From positions 26,814,632-26,878,631 of the forward strand of contig NC_068994.1 of assembly GCF_001194135.2 (NCBI RefSeq): a stretch of 64,000 bases of DNA, written 5' to 3'. Position 1 is the first letter of the stretch. Each line of letters begins with the position of its first letter. Both the position numbers and the translations under genes were made by a program. Positions 62,270 through 64,000 of the stretch are shown here, piece by piece. Source of the DNA: Octopus bimaculoides (lineage: Eukaryota). The notes under the pieces are model-generated. The model ran no database searches. It worked only from the letters and a program-made list of their open reading frames with translations, and had not been told where the DNA came from.

Positions 62270-63548
62270 GGACACAACTCTTCTAGCACTCAGTTTCCTG
62301 GATGGGTCTTCTCTAGAAACTCATATCTCCAAACACCTCGGTTCACTGTCATTTCCTCCAAGGGCCCCAACATCCTAAGATTAGTCCTCACCAATTCATC
62401 TCATGCCTTTCTGAGTCTCCCTCTTCCACAGGTACCATCCGCTTTCAGCGACAGGCACTTCTGTATATAGCTGCCTTCACTCATACACATCACATGTCCA
62501 AACAAACACATTCTCCCCTCCTGCATACCACATTTAATCCCTCTTATGCCTAACTTTTCTCTCAATACACTTGTGCTCTATTGGTCATCTACACTGATGT
62601 TGCAAATCCTATGGAGCATACTACCTTCATTCTTCTCCAGTGCATGCATGTCCTTCACAGTCAGAGCTCATGTCTCACTACCATGTAACATAGCCATTCT
62701 CACACAAGCATCATACAATCTACTTTTCTGAGAGAGAGTCTCTGAGAGAGAGTCCTTTTGCTGTCAACAGNNNNNNNNNNAGAGAGTCTCTGAGAGAGAG
62801 TCCTTTTGCTGTCAACAGAGGTAGTAGTTCTCTGAACTTCCTCCACCTTATTCTTATTCTAGAAACAATACTTTCAGAGCATACTAATTTGATATCCTAA
62901 ATAGCAAAAACTATCTACTACCTCAAGAGAGCTTCCTGGGGATTTGAAAGAGTTTAAGTTTCTCATGCTTTTGGTACTTACTGTTCCTGTGCATTTGCCA
63001 CACGCGAAAGTGACCTTATCCGATAACCTTCCATAATTCCACTGCATCTCTTATGCATCCATAGCTTACACTTGGTGCAGCAAATGGAATTACATCCCAC
63101 TCTTTTCCTTACATATTGAACAAGGCCATTTGCCAGTTGGAATGAGAGTCTTCACTCCTTTCTTGCTAATAACAACTTTAGTCTTAACTAAGTTAACTTT
63201 AAGGTCCTTTGATTCCAGGTTTTGCTTCCAAACCCAGAACTTCTTCTCTAATTCTGCTTCAGATTCTGCAATAAGAGCAAGATCATCAGCATATAGTAGT
63301 TCCCATGGGTATCCTGTTTTGAATTCATCTATTATAGCCTGGAGAACTATGATGAATAAGAGTGGACTAAGAACTGATCCCTGGTGTATTCCATCTGGTA
63401 TGTTGAATTCATCACTGTATTCAAGCCCAACTCTCACCTTACTAACAGTATCGCTGTACATGGCTTGAACCGCTCTAACAAGCCACTCTTCTACTCCTAG
63501 CTTCCTTAGAGACCACCAAATAAGAGGGCAGAGAACCCTGTCAAAAGC
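62270..63548 (-). mobile_element. RTE LINE RT/PHD/thumb segment (same family as 12320-14110)
   Basis: AFDRV...GIHQGSVLSPLLF, LLYADDL, KWPCSIC...CGKC; 3' UTR absent. Confidence 0.92.
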
Positions 63549-64000
63549 TGCTGAGGGCTACTGACCAAATTTGTAGCTGGTACAAATCCCTTTCTCGATC
63601 TAAGTGGTGGTGGACCAGGGCCATTAGAGAAAAGAAACAGACCTGGAAAGACTAGAAGTGTGGTGGTAGCAGGGAACAGATAGTCAGAATGAAAGCTAGG
63701 AGACAGGTATATTTAGTCAGGGGACAAGCAGAAAAAGAAGTTTGCCAGTGTTCTGCAATGTGAGGACCAGATACTTGAAGTGTTTTGGATTGCAAGACAG
63801 TGTGTGAGAGAAAATTGTGCTGTCATAGGAGAGAAATGTGTTTGCATGGATAATGGTGCACTTGCACTTAATGATTCTGCAAAGAAAGAGGCTTGGAAGT
63901 GTCATTATGAAAGGCTGCTGAACATAGAGAATGAATGGGAGGAGGAGAGTCTGCCAAATGTAAGCCCAACTGAGGCACCAGCTATATGAATCTGCAGAAG
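63549..64000 (+). mobile_element. RTE LINE pre-RT linker segment, inverted relative to the adjacent RT part
   Basis: LLRATDQIC...WW...RAIREKKQTWKD, ARQCVREN, KEAWKCHYERLLNIENEW. Confidence 0.88.

Overview
Repeat-saturated, AT-rich animal DNA from a gapped draft assembly. The SINE, microsatellite and LINE content looks like an octopus (coleoid cephalopod) genome; this is inference from the repeat families. Most of the window is decayed mobile DNA: RTE and RTE-BovB, Tx1/L1, HERO, about seven R4/Dong-like pieces, Penelope-like elements, five or six Tc1/mariner-superfamily elements, tRNA-derived SINEs and microsatellites. No transposon ORF is intact. The only convincing host-gene signal is a pair of + strand exons at 15060-15267, and I cannot name the gene. 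Best leads: (1) an apparently intact minimal hammerhead ribozyme at 38036-38126, plus a 386-bp TSD-flanked element combining a tRNA-like promoter with a hammerhead; (2) a copy-number-variable hairpin/pseudoknot module in the RTE 3' UTR that has grown into a tandem array; (3) a PHD finger inside the RTE ORF2; (4) a clean RTE inversion junction; (5) two large inverted-repeat structures, one enclosing a 28S rRNA fragment. All assignments were made by eye from motifs. Boundaries marked ~ are approximate, and nothing was checked against a database.
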